A stretch of DNA of 64,000 nt from Spirulina sp. CCNP1310 (GTDB lineage: Bacteria > Cyanobacteriota > Cyanobacteriia > Cyanobacteriales > Spirulinaceae): the NCBI RefSeq assembly GCF_034932185.1, contig NZ_JAYGHW010000066.1:35180-99179 (forward strand), written 5' to 3'. The position numbers and the translations under genes were made by a program. The notes under the pieces are model-generated. The model did not search any database. It was given only the letters and a program-made list of their open reading frames with translations, and was not told where the DNA came from. How positions within the stretch are numbered: the stretch's first letter is position 1; each line of letters begins with the position of its first letter. Below, piece after piece: positions 29,587 to 37,844 of this stretch.

Positions 29587-30357
29587 TTAAAGATCAAAAT
29601 CAATGGGTAAACCTGTGGGGCTAGGGCGATTGGTCGGGGTGGTAGGGCGGGGGGCATTGGATCGTAAATTGAGTTGCTCACCTGTGCCGCGATCGGAAGG
29701 GGCTAGGAAAGGCCGCAGATTGATCCCCGCTAATCCCCTCGTGGGAGCCGGTTGACCAGCACCGCCACCGGGCAACTGTAAACCACCGGGTAATTGCAAC
29801 CCACCCCCTAAGACATTACCTAAATCCCGGAGAATATCACCGCTCCCATTGTTATCCCGCAATGTGGGAACGCCTTGGGTTTGTTCGCCACTGTTGGCAA
29901 GGGTGAGGTTATTAAAAACGCTGTCACGGGTGGCGATCGCATCTTGCCCAGGGGGAACCGTCAACACAATCCGGCAAGCGGGATCATCTTCCGTCGTTAC
30001 ACAGATCACGTCGTAGCCGTTTTCCATCCCGGTGCGTAGTTCCACCAAACCATCGGGGCGGTATTCTTCCAAACGGCGGCTAATTTCCGCACAGCGACGC
30101 TCTGCCGACCAGCCCCCGCCTAATTCCCTGGGGGTTGCCCAGGCGTATTGCTGATTGGGTTGCTCCACGGGGCTATAGGCCACCGTGGGGGCCCCCGTCA
30201 TCACTTGACAGCTAAACCGGGGATTTTCCACCGGCTCAACCACAACATCGCCCTCTGTGGGTTGCTCTGGGGCTTGGCTCCAACTGGGGGCAGCTTGGGC
30301 CATAACCCCTAAAAGGGTGAGGCTCAGAGTGGAGTAGAAAAGAGTCTTTAAATGCAT
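29587..30357 (-). CDS. Secreted cyanobacterial protein, possibly COP23 (circadian oscillating protein) family.
   Basis: Signal peptide MHLKTLFYSTLSLTLLGVMAQA, Cys-containing core (FSCQV...RCAEISRRLEEYR...DVICVT...DPACRIVLT), and a Gly/Pro-rich C-terminal tail. The ORF-track start at 30555 is an unlikely N-extension. Confidence 0.4.
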   Translation of the reverse strand: MHLKTLFYSTLSLTLLGVMAQAAPSWSQAPEQPTEGDVVVEPVENPRFSCQVMTGAPTVAYSPVEQPNQQYAWATPRELGGGWSAERRCAEISRRLEEYRPDGLVELRTGMENGYDVICVTTEDDPACRIVLTVPPGQDAIATRDSVFNNLTLANSGEQTQGVPTLRDNNGSGDILRDLGNVLGGGLQLPGGLQLPGGGAGQPAPTRGLAGINLRPFLAPSDRGTGEQLNLRSNAPRPTTPTNRPSPTGLPIDFDL

Positions 30358-30768
30358 AACAAATTTTAAGACGGGTAACGACAAGAGATTGAGTGACGGC
30401 AGAACTAACCCCAACCTGCCAAGACGTATAACTGAGCCATGAAGTTCCCAAAAGCCTAAGGGACTGAAGTCCTTTCTCTCCAAGGTTCGTCGTGAGAACT
30501 TCAATTCTCTCTCAAACGCACCCCATACACCCAGAAAAATCCCCCAATCTCTCAAAATATTGTGATTAAAATTCTTATTAAAAGTTCACACTTTTGTTCT
30601 GTTAAGACTTAGCCAAACTGAGGAAGGAGAGCGATCGCCTGTGTTAAGTTCAAGCTGGCTTGTTCAATGCAGAACTGTTGCGGTTGGGGGTCTACATCCC
30701 CCACTGGCGCAGGGGATTAACCATCATCCCCCTTGTGTACCACAGGGGCCGTGTTGAATCTTGCCTCC

Positions 30769-30843
30769 TCTCGTTTAGCTCAGTGGGTAGAGTGGCCGGC
30801 ATGAACCGGCAGGTCGTGGGTTCAACTCCCACAGCGAGAACCA
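30769..30843 (+). tRNA. tRNA-like gene with CAU in the anticodon loop (Met/Ile2-like) but a non-canonical 6-nt anticodon loop; 3' CCA encoded.
   Basis: Acceptor UCUCGUU/AGCGAGA (U1-A72, one G-U). D arm GCUC-AGUGGGUA-GAGU. Anticodon stem GCCGG/CCGGC enclosing only CAUGAA. Variable loop AGGUC. T arm GUGGG-UUCAACU-CCCAC. Discriminator A, then CCA. Confidence 0.5.
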
Positions 30844-30913
30844 AAAGTTAGCTCACTGGTAGAGCATCAGACTGTTAATCTGACGGTTTTGGGTTCGATT
30901 CCCAAACTTTTTA
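30842..30913 (+). tRNA. tRNA-Asn (anticodon GUU), with a C1-U72 mismatch.
   Basis: D arm GCUC-ACUGGUA-GAGC. Anticodon stem UCAGA/UCUGA with loop CUGUUAA. T arm UUGGG-UUCGAUU-CCCAA. Acceptor CAAAAGU/ACUUUUU. It starts inside the CCA of the preceding tRNA-like gene. Confidence 0.6.
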
Positions 30914-31225
30914 CCCCCGCTCCGGGTAGGAGCACCTCGTTTAGGACGAGTTTCACCCCGCTCCCTTGGCTGGAGGTTCAGCGCCAGCACTAGAGCAAGG
31001 AGCCAGTGCGATCGCCCCTCTAGGATGGCTTGAGTCTACCGCTTTGGGCCTGGGCTGGGCGGGCCAGGTGGGGATCGTTTCCCCCGGTTGCGTCTGCCTC
31101 AACAGTGCTAAACCGGAGATCCCAGCCCCCTAAGGGCGATCGCCCGCCCCAGATCTAGGAACCTCCTCCCCAGGGGAGCACCCCCAATTTCCCTATGTTT
31201 AGCCTGTTTAAAACCTTCTTTTCCT

Positions 31226-32776
31226 ATGTTTGGCCTGCTAAAAACCTTCTACATCAAACCCCACGAACGTGCTTTTTTATTTGAGCGGAGTCATTTTCAA
31301 GGTATCCTCGGCCCCGGCCTCCATCGGCGTATGGGTTGGCATTGGAATATCCAAAGGTTTGATCTCAATGATCCCTCTCCTCAGATTGAAAATCTTGGAT
31401 TTTTATTGCAGAGCGATCGCCCCACTTTAGAAAAATCATTAATCATTGTTGAAACCGCTTTTAATGAAGTTGCCTTAGTTCAAATTGGACGACATTGGCA
31501 GGTCATTACCGCCAATCAACAGGTCGTATTTTGGCGTGGCCTTGATCCCATCACGGTGCATCACTTTAACTTTGAGGTCAGTTTAGAGATTCCCGCTGAA
31601 TTTGTCAGTCCATTACAACGATTGTCAAAAATTGCTGGCGTGCAATTTGTGCAAATTCCAGAGGGACGGATCGGCTTACTTTATGAATGGGGCAACTTTG
31701 TCCGCCCCCTTTTGCCGGGCAATTATGGGTTTTGGTCAATCCCTAACGGCGCAATGATCCGCACCTATGATCACACCCAACCCGATCCCCAATTTCCTGA
31801 CCCCGACACCCTCCTGCAAGCCCATCTCGATTTCCTCCGCGATTACTGCACAGTGGCAGAATTGGGGGCGCAACAGGTGGCGATCGCCCGTCATCACCGC
31901 AAAGTCATTGCCATTTTGCCCCCCTGTAGCCGGAAAATTTTCTGGCGGGAAGTGAGCGTTGAAATCATCGACATTAACCATGGGAGTAAACTCTCCCCCG
32001 CCCTCAGTAAAGAACTGGTTTCAGGCTTAAGGGACGTGTTAGATCTCATCTTGCCCCATGTGCATATGATCGAAGTTCCCGCCCAACATTTAGGGCTACT
32101 TTATCTCGAAAGTGCCTTTCACAGTACCCTCGAACCCGGTTGGCATTTGTGGTGGAAATTTGGCCAGTCCTTAAAAGCAGAGGTGATAGATTTACGTTTG
32201 CAAACTCTCGAAGTTGCTGGTCAAGAAATCCTCTCTAAAGATAAAGTCCCCCTTCGCCTCAACCTCACCGCCGGTTATCGCATCACAGACCCCCTGCGGG
32301 CTAAATCTGAACTGGTGGATATTCCTGGTTTTCTCTATAAAGAATTGCAGTTTGCTCTACGAGGAGCAGTAGGGACAAAAACCCTCGATGAGTTGCTCGA
32401 TGATAAGGGAGCAATTGATCAATCTGTAGCCGATTATATCCTTCAAAAAATCCCCAACTATGGCATTGAAGTGGAATCCGTGGGTGTGAAAGATATCATC
32501 CTACCCGGTGAAATTAAAACCATCTTGAGCCAAGTGGTAGAAGCGGAAAAAGCCGCCCAAGCCAACGTTATCCGCCGCCGGGAGGAAACCGCCGCCACCC
32601 GCAGTATGCTCAACACAGCGCGAGTGATGGAAAATAATCCAACGGCTTTGCGGTTGAAGGAATTGGAAATTCTCGAACGGATCGCCGACAAAATCGAGCG
32701 CATTAACGTCAATGGCAGCCTTGATAATTTGTTAACGGAGGTGATCCACCTCAGCCAAGCTCCAGCGGAGCCTTAA
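31226..32776 (+). CDS. Large SPFH/band-7 domain protein (516 aa).
   Basis: The C-terminal ~250 aa carry an SPFH core and a coiled coil (…IPGFLYKELQFALRGAVGTKTLDELL...EAEKAAQANVIRRREETAATRS...). A 31-nt near-duplicate of the gene start (ATGTTTAGCCTGTTTAAAACC...) lies at 31195, out of frame. Confidence 0.65.
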   Translation: MFGLLKTFYIKPHERAFLFERSHFQGILGPGLHRRMGWHWNIQRFDLNDPSPQIENLGFLLQSDRPTLEKSLIIVETAFNEVALVQIGRHWQVITANQQVVFWRGLDPITVHHFNFEVSLEIPAEFVSPLQRLSKIAGVQFVQIPEGRIGLLYEWGNFVRPLLPGNYGFWSIPNGAMIRTYDHTQPDPQFPDPDTLLQAHLDFLRDYCTVAELGAQQVAIARHHRKVIAILPPCSRKIFWREVSVEIIDINHGSKLSPALSKELVSGLRDVLDLILPHVHMIEVPAQHLGLLYLESAFHSTLEPGWHLWWKFGQSLKAEVIDLRLQTLEVAGQEILSKDKVPLRLNLTAGYRITDPLRAKSELVDIPGFLYKELQFALRGAVGTKTLDELLDDKGAIDQSVADYILQKIPNYGIEVESVGVKDIILPGEIKTILSQVVEAEKAAQANVIRRREETAATRSMLNTARVMENNPTALRLKELEILERIADKIERINVNGSLDNLLTEVIHLSQAPAEP

Positions 32777-32864
32777 GGTTTCTGAGGCAGTCAAGACTGC
32801 TCGCAATCCCTTGCTACAAGCATCAGCCTGAAATCCCTACTCTTCAGATCAATAGATCATTCCC

Positions 32865-33362
32865 CTACTCTCGCACTGCTCCCGCCTGACAATCCCGCAA
32901 CCATAATGTAATCGCCTGACCCATTATCCCCAAACTTGTTTCGCGGGGGGGCATTGGCTCTGTGTCTGGGCTGCTCTCCCCAAAGCGGGTGAAGAGATAA
33001 ACCATGGCCCAACCTGTATCGGTAGGGGTGAGGAAAAGCCAATGGTAATGCTGACGGGTGAGGAGGCGATCGCCCCTAAACTGCTGCTCTAATGTCGTAA
33101 AAAACACCTGCCGAGTCTCCCCATCCTCAGCCCCCCCCAAAGGCAAGGGTTCAAAGTCTGTTTGGCCCGCCAATTGGACATAGGTGAGATAATCCGGGCC
33201 AGAGCGCGATCGCTGCATCACCCGATTCGCATAGCTGGGTAGATCGCTCAACAGTTTGGCGGTGAGCGGTTCAAAGTCTTGGGGACAGGCTTGGGCGTTG
33301 AGAGAGAAGCAGCAAGTGAGCAAGATCCCCCCCAACCCCGCTTTTAAACAATGCGCCCTCAT
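32865..33362 (-). CDS. Hypothetical secreted protein.
   Basis: Signal peptide MRAHCLKAGLGGILLTCCFSLNAQA. It lies immediately downstream of the Ser/Thr kinase on the same strand. The ORF-track start at 33482 would abut the kinase stop. Confidence 0.45.
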   Translation of the reverse strand: MRAHCLKAGLGGILLTCCFSLNAQACPQDFEPLTAKLLSDLPSYANRVMQRSRSGPDYLTYVQLAGQTDFEPLPLGGAEDGETRQVFFTTLEQQFRGDRLLTRQHYHWLFLTPTDTGWAMVYLFTRFGESSPDTEPMPPRETSLGIMGQAITLWLRDCQAGAVRE

Positions 33363-33482
33363 CCCCCAACCCCCAAGGAGGGAGAAGGGGAGCCGGAAAG
33401 CCCGATCTTGCCTCCCCCCCTCCCATCTTTGGGAGAGGGGGACTGAGGGGGTGAGGGACTGAGGGGAGTAAAGAAGGCGCAT

Positions 33483-35015
33483 TTAAAGGAGGGAGGAGAG
33501 GAGTTGATAAATGAGACGGAAAAGGGCGGTGATTAGGACTACAATGGCCGCTGCGAAAATTGCCAACAAAAGATAGCCCTTCAGTCCCGTTAAACCCAAT
33601 CCCCCTAAAACTGCTCCCAAGGCTGCACTGCGATGGAACCACGGCACGAAATTCAGCAATCCCACCGTAATCCCCCCTAAAATGGCGAAATCCCACTTTT
33701 CTAAAAAGCGACGATATTGGCAATAGATTAATCCCCCCATGGCCATCCCCCAAAGGCCGATGCTGATGGGTGTGATCCCCTGGATTAAGCTGATCAAGAT
33801 CATGAAAATTAAGGAACCTTCAAACCCGGTAAAGGCGGAACTGGCAAGGATTTCAGTTAAACCAAAGGGGGCGCGGGAGCCTCGGCGGGAGGGTTGGGGA
33901 ATGGGGGCTGGTGGGGGGCCGGGTTGGGCGATCGCCGGCGCAGGGGGGGGCGGCGGTGCAACGGGGGCCGGGGCCGATGGGGGCGGTGCGGGAGCCGGTT
34001 GGGCAGCGGCTTGGGGTTTAGGGGTGAGGAAACGCAGCACATCCTCAGCGGATTGGAAGCGATCCTTGGGGGTGGGGCGCATCATCTTATCGAGAATAAT
34101 CGCGAGGCGATCGCTCGCCTGGGGTGCAAAGCCCCGCCAATTCCAAGCATTGTTATAGGGATCAAACAGTTCTTGAGAGGGTTTCCCCGTTAACAGCACC
34201 AAACAGGTTGCCCCCAACGCATAGAGATCCGTTGAAGGGTACACCTGAGAACCTTGCATCTGTTCCGGCGGCGCAAACCCCATCGAATAGATCCCCGTCG
34301 AACGATTTTGCCCACCGCCCGCCGCTGCTGCTGTACTGGCCACCTGTTTCACCGCCCCAAAATCCAGTAAAAACAGCCGCCCCTGTTTGTTACGCATGAT
34401 ATTTGAGGGCTTAATATCCCGATGGATCACATCCCGACTATGGATAAACGCCAACACCCCCAAAATTTCCCGCAACACCTCCACCACTTCCCCCTCACTA
34501 AAGGGGCCCCGGGCCGCTAACTCCTGCTCTAGATCCTGACCATCAATAAATTCCTGCACCAAATAGAAAAACTGTTCATCCTGATTCCCTTGGCGGTTCG
34601 GTGTCACGAGGGGGAAAAAGGCAAAGGAATCGGGGATCTGTCGATGTTCCCGCCCCAAATCTTCCAAAACCGCCGCTTCGCGCTCAAAAAGGCCTTGGGC
34701 GATCGCCAACTGTTGGGGGGAAAGATTCCCCGCTGGTTGAAACTGCTTCACCACACATTGTCGTAGCGAGGTGGTATAGCGATCGCGGGCTAAAAACGCC
34801 GTCCCAAAGCCCCCCTGACCCAAGAGCTTCACCGGCAAATAGCGCCCCCCTAAAATCAGCGGCATCCCGCATTGAGTACAAAATTTTTGCTGAGTCGTTT
34901 TGAGCGTATTGGGATCATCAAGATCAGGAAAATGATTCCGTGAGCCACAACTAGGACGAGTACAAAGGATTTCCATGCGTCGGGAAAAATGGGGTATGAA
35001 GCGAATCCCGACCAC
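33483..35015 (-). CDS. Serine/threonine protein kinase (Hanks type) with an N-terminal zinc-ribbon and a C-terminal membrane domain.
   Basis: CxxxxC...CxxC at the N-terminus, then GQGGFGTAF (G-loop), VVKQ (Lys), HRDIKPSNIM, DFG, APPE, a Pro/Ala-rich linker and 3-4 TM helices. Confidence 0.9.
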   Translation of the reverse strand: MVGIRFIPHFSRRMEILCTRPSCGSRNHFPDLDDPNTLKTTQQKFCTQCGMPLILGGRYLPVKLLGQGGFGTAFLARDRYTTSLRQCVVKQFQPAGNLSPQQLAIAQGLFEREAAVLEDLGREHRQIPDSFAFFPLVTPNRQGNQDEQFFYLVQEFIDGQDLEQELAARGPFSEGEVVEVLREILGVLAFIHSRDVIHRDIKPSNIMRNKQGRLFLLDFGAVKQVASTAAAAGGGQNRSTGIYSMGFAPPEQMQGSQVYPSTDLYALGATCLVLLTGKPSQELFDPYNNAWNWRGFAPQASDRLAIILDKMMRPTPKDRFQSAEDVLRFLTPKPQAAAQPAPAPPPSAPAPVAPPPPPAPAIAQPGPPPAPIPQPSRRGSRAPFGLTEILASSAFTGFEGSLIFMILISLIQGITPISIGLWGMAMGGLIYCQYRRFLEKWDFAILGGITVGLLNFVPWFHRSAALGAVLGGLGLTGLKGYLLLAIFAAAIVVLITALFRLIYQLLSSLL

Positions 35016-35070
35016 CGGGAAACTTCTTCTCTAGCCTAGCGACCCAAGGGGGAATCTTCAATATCGTTGA

Positions 35071-35252
35071 TGGAAGGAAAGAGGATAGAGGATAGAGAAG
35101 AGAGCGAAGTTGCAATCCTCACTCCTCCTTTTGATGGGCGTGGGGGCGAAAAATTTTTGTGCCTCCGGCAGGCTTACGCCAACGCCCCTATATCAACTTC
35201 CCACTTCCCACTTCCCACTTCCCACTTCCCACTTCCCACTCCTCACTCCTTC
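35071..35252. repeat. Purine-rich arm (GGAAGGAAAGAGGATAGAGGATAGAGAAGAGAG) plus CT-rich partner, an embedded palindromic-repeat copy, and six tandem heptamers (ACTTCCC) abutting the rbcR-like stop.
   Basis: It shares the AAGAGGATAGAG...TTG(C)AATC...CTCACTCCTC architecture with the 18155-18328 locus. The ORF-track ORFs 35067..35354 and 35110..35322 are artifacts (PTSHFPL repeats). Confidence 0.8.
35134..35168. repeat. Dispersed palindromic repeat, copy f (GGGCGTGGGGGCGAAAAATTTTTGTGCCTCC, degenerate 3' arm).
   Basis: The 5' arm and AT core are intact; the 3' arm has diverged. Confidence 0.7.
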
Positions 35253-36250
35253 GTCTCCACCGTTAAAGAAGGCACAGCATCCAAATCCAAGCGAGGAGCC
35301 GCGTCAAAGAGGGAAAAATTAGCGTGGGTGGAAAATTCCGGCAGAATTTCCTGAACAAAGGCATCCGCTGCCTTGGAGCGATAGCGACTGGGGTTGACAA
35401 TCACCGCCAACATCCGCCGTACTATCACATTGTCAATCATGGCCCGGTGCAACACCTTCATTTGCAATTCCTTCTCAATGGCGGAAATCGACACAAAGGC
35501 CGCCCCTAACCCCGACTGCACGGCATTTTTAATTGCCTCAATGGAGTTCAGTTCCATCTCCACCTTGAGCCGTTTGGGGTCAATCTCCGCCCGGCTTAAC
35601 ACCTGATCAATCACTTTGCGAATCGTCGATTGGGAATCGAGGGCGATGAAGTTGAGCTTATAGAGGTCTTCCCGCTGAATTGTTCCTACTTTAGCCAAGG
35701 GATGATCCACGGGGATAATCAGCGCCAGTTCATCATCAGCATAGGGGCGCACTCGTAACACATCCTGCAATTCCGCTGGCACTTCACCGCCGATAATGGC
35801 CAAATCTACCTGGCCATTGGCCACACTCCAGGAGGTGCGCCGGGTGGAATGGACTTGTAACTGGACGGAAACATCGGGGTAGGCTTGGCGAAACCGGCCA
35901 ATCATCCGGGGGAGCAGGTAAGTGCCGGTGGTTTGGGATGCGCCGACGATCAGCGTGCCGCCTTGGAGGTTTTGGAGATCTTCGATCGCCCGACAGGTTT
36001 CTTGGCAAAGGCTGAGGATTTTTTCACCGTAGTTGAGCAATAAATGGCCGGCTTCGGTCATTTGGGCCCGGCGGCCGCCCCGGTCAAAGAGGGGGACATC
36101 CATCTGCCGTTCGAGGTTTTGCACTTGTAAACTAACGGCAGGCTGGGAAACATAGAGACTATCAGCGGCACGCTTAAAGCTCCCTTCTGTGGCGATCGCC
36201 TTGAGAATGCGCAATTGATCCAGCGTGAACGGAATTTCAGACATATTCAC
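35243..36250 (-). CDS. rbcR: LysR-family transcriptional regulator, RbcR/Ycf30-like.
   Basis: N-terminal HTH ([40 protein letters not shown]) and a LysR substrate-binding domain. It is highly similar to the conserved cyanobacterial Ycf30-type regulators as I recall them. Confidence 0.8.
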   Translation of the reverse strand: MNMSEIPFTLDQLRILKAIATEGSFKRAADSLYVSQPAVSLQVQNLERQMDVPLFDRGGRRAQMTEAGHLLLNYGEKILSLCQETCRAIEDLQNLQGGTLIVGASQTTGTYLLPRMIGRFRQAYPDVSVQLQVHSTRRTSWSVANGQVDLAIIGGEVPAELQDVLRVRPYADDELALIIPVDHPLAKVGTIQREDLYKLNFIALDSQSTIRKVIDQVLSRAEIDPKRLKVEMELNSIEAIKNAVQSGLGAAFVSISAIEKELQMKVLHRAMIDNVIVRRMLAVIVNPSRYRSKAADAFVQEILPEFSTHANFSLFDAAPRLDLDAVPSLTVETKE

Positions 36251-36467
36251 AGGAGCTTGAGGAAAAGCAAGGGAGCCGCGTGACCCAGGGGCATGTTTGA
36301 TGTCATGCCGTTAGGGAAGTTCTGGGTCAAATCAAGGAATTTCCCTTAGTGAAAGACAGTATCACAACTGGGGATCAAGCGCTTTGCCCCTGATTCGTAA
36401 TACTTAACAAAGCGTTACCTTCGGCCGCTACAATTACAGGGTTAAGAAATATTAAGTATGCCGATCA

Positions 36468-37184
36468 ATGACGGATTTTTTTGGGTGGACAACGAGCCAT
36501 ACGGTGATGTTAGGCCTGCTTTTGGGGTTTGCCATTGCCCATAGTGGTTTGGCAGCTTTGCGACCTTGGGGCGAGGGAAAAATTGGGCCCCGACTGTATC
36601 GCGTCCTCTTTGCGTTGGTGAGTATCCCCTTGGCGACGGTGCTGATTATTTACTTCTTTAACCATCGCTATGATGGAGCGATGTTGTGGCATTTGCAGGG
36701 TGTGCCGGGGGTGAAGCCGACGGTGTGGATCCTCAGTGCCATTTCTTTTTTGTTCCTGTATCCCGCCACGTTTAACCTCCTGGAGATTGCGGCGATCGCC
36801 CGTCCCGAAGTCCATCTCTTTGAAACCGGCATTATCCGCATCACCCGCCATCCCCAAATGGTGGGGCAAATTATTTGGTGTGTGGCCCATACCCTCTGGC
36901 TGGGAACCACGTTCACCCTGGTAACTTCCTTGGGCTTAATTGCCCATCATCTCTTTGCCGTCTGGCATGGCGATCGCCGCCTCGCCGCCAAATATGGCGA
37001 AGCCTTCACCGCCGCCAAAGCTCGCACGGCGATCGTCCCCTTCCGCGCCCTCCTTGACGGCCGTCAAACCCTCGTTTGGAGTGAATTTTTCCGCCCCGCC
37101 TATGCCGGTGTGATCCTCTTCACCCTCCTCCTCTGGTGGGGCCACCCCTGGCTGATGACCGTCACCGCCCGCGTCCCCTGGTAG
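36468..37184 (+). CDS. NnrU-family membrane protein (Z-ISO-like).
   Basis: Five to six TM helices and conserved His residues (IRITRHPQMVGQIIWCVAHTLWLG). Confidence 0.65.
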   Translation: MTDFFGWTTSHTVMLGLLLGFAIAHSGLAALRPWGEGKIGPRLYRVLFALVSIPLATVLIIYFFNHRYDGAMLWHLQGVPGVKPTVWILSAISFLFLYPATFNLLEIAAIARPEVHLFETGIIRITRHPQMVGQIIWCVAHTLWLGTTFTLVTSLGLIAHHLFAVWHGDRRLAAKYGEAFTAAKARTAIVPFRALLDGRQTLVWSEFFRPAYAGVILFTLLLWWGHPWLMTVTARVPW

Positions 37185-37190
37185 TTCCAG

Positions 37191-37440
37191 GATCCCCCCG
37201 GCTACGCCGACCCCCTTAACAAGGGGGTTGAATTCAGAAACATCCGGCTACGCCGACCCCCTTAAGCGGATGATCCCCCCGGCTACGCCGACCCCCTTAA
37301 GCGGATGATCCCCCCGGCTACGCCGACCCCCTTAAAAAGGGGGTTGAACTCAAAAACCCTCCTTTTTAAGAGATACAGGGGGGATCTCCCCTTAAAAACC
37401 CCCCTTTTTAAGGGGGGCAGGGGGGATCTCCCTGAAGCAC
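37191..37440. repeat. Intergenic tandem repeat array: 4 copies of the core CCGGCTACGCCGACCCCCTTAA (3 with a GCGGATGATCCCC spacer giving a 35-bp period) plus C5-TTAA-A-G5 palindromes.
   Basis: Copies at 37199, 37244, 37279 and 37314. Palindromes: CCCCCTTAACAAGGGGG, CCCCCTTAAAAAGGGGG, CCCCTTAAAAACCCCCCTTTTTAAGGGGGG. Confidence 0.85.
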
Positions 37441-37481
37441 TGCGATATAATTTGTAACAAAGTCTAAACTTAAACCCCCCC

Positions 37482-37796
37482 ATGAGCGATCCCGTCACCC
37501 GTGCCTTCTTCGTTGGCCGCGCCCTTGCCACCGTTCTCGGTGAAAAAGTAGAACACAGCCTCACCAACGCCCTCAGCGACCTGGGTAAATTTGAAGCCGA
37601 ACAGCGGGAAAACCTCCGCCAACTCACCACAGAAGTACTCAGCCGCGCCGATCGCGAACTGAGCCAATTTGAAACCCATGGCTCCGGCGAAACCCCCGCC
37701 ACCGAAGCATCTCCCACGGATTTACAGGAAACCATCGATGACCTCCGCGCTGAAATTGCCCGGCTGCGATCGACCCTGACCCAGTACCGGGCTTAA
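37482..37796 (+). CDS. Hypothetical conserved protein (alpha-helical, coiled-coil).
   Basis: 104 aa (...[18 protein letters not shown]...[15 protein letters not shown]). Confidence 0.45.
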   Translation: MSDPVTRAFFVGRALATVLGEKVEHSLTNALSDLGKFEAEQRENLRQLTTEVLSRADRELSQFETHGSGETPATEASPTDLQETIDDLRAEIARLRSTLTQYRA

Positions 37797-37844
37797 CCCC
37801 CGTTGCCTGTACTCATTTTTTATAAACCCCTTTCATAAAACCGC

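Noticed and set aside
8971-30466. 12-mer GGACTGAAGTCC occurring at 8971-8982 and 30455-30466.
   Set aside because: Two copies of a 12-mer with a 2-bp centre cannot form a hairpin. This is too short and too few to call a motif family without genome-wide counts.
30700-31230. Looked for integrase, transposase or phage genes next to the tandem tRNA-like pair.
   Set aside because: None found. The flanking genes are a COP23-like secreted protein and an SPFH protein, so no mobile-element call is made.
35067-35354. ORFs 35067..35354 and 35110..35322 (PTSHFPLPTSHFPL repeats).
   Set aside because: They are artifacts of the ACTTCCC heptamer array and overlap the 3' end of the rbcR-like gene on the other strand.
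37191-37440. Tandem repeat array considered as a possible CRISPR array.
   Set aside because: The repeats are separated by identical 13-bp linkers rather than unique spacers of uniform length. There is no leader and there are no cas genes anywhere in the window.
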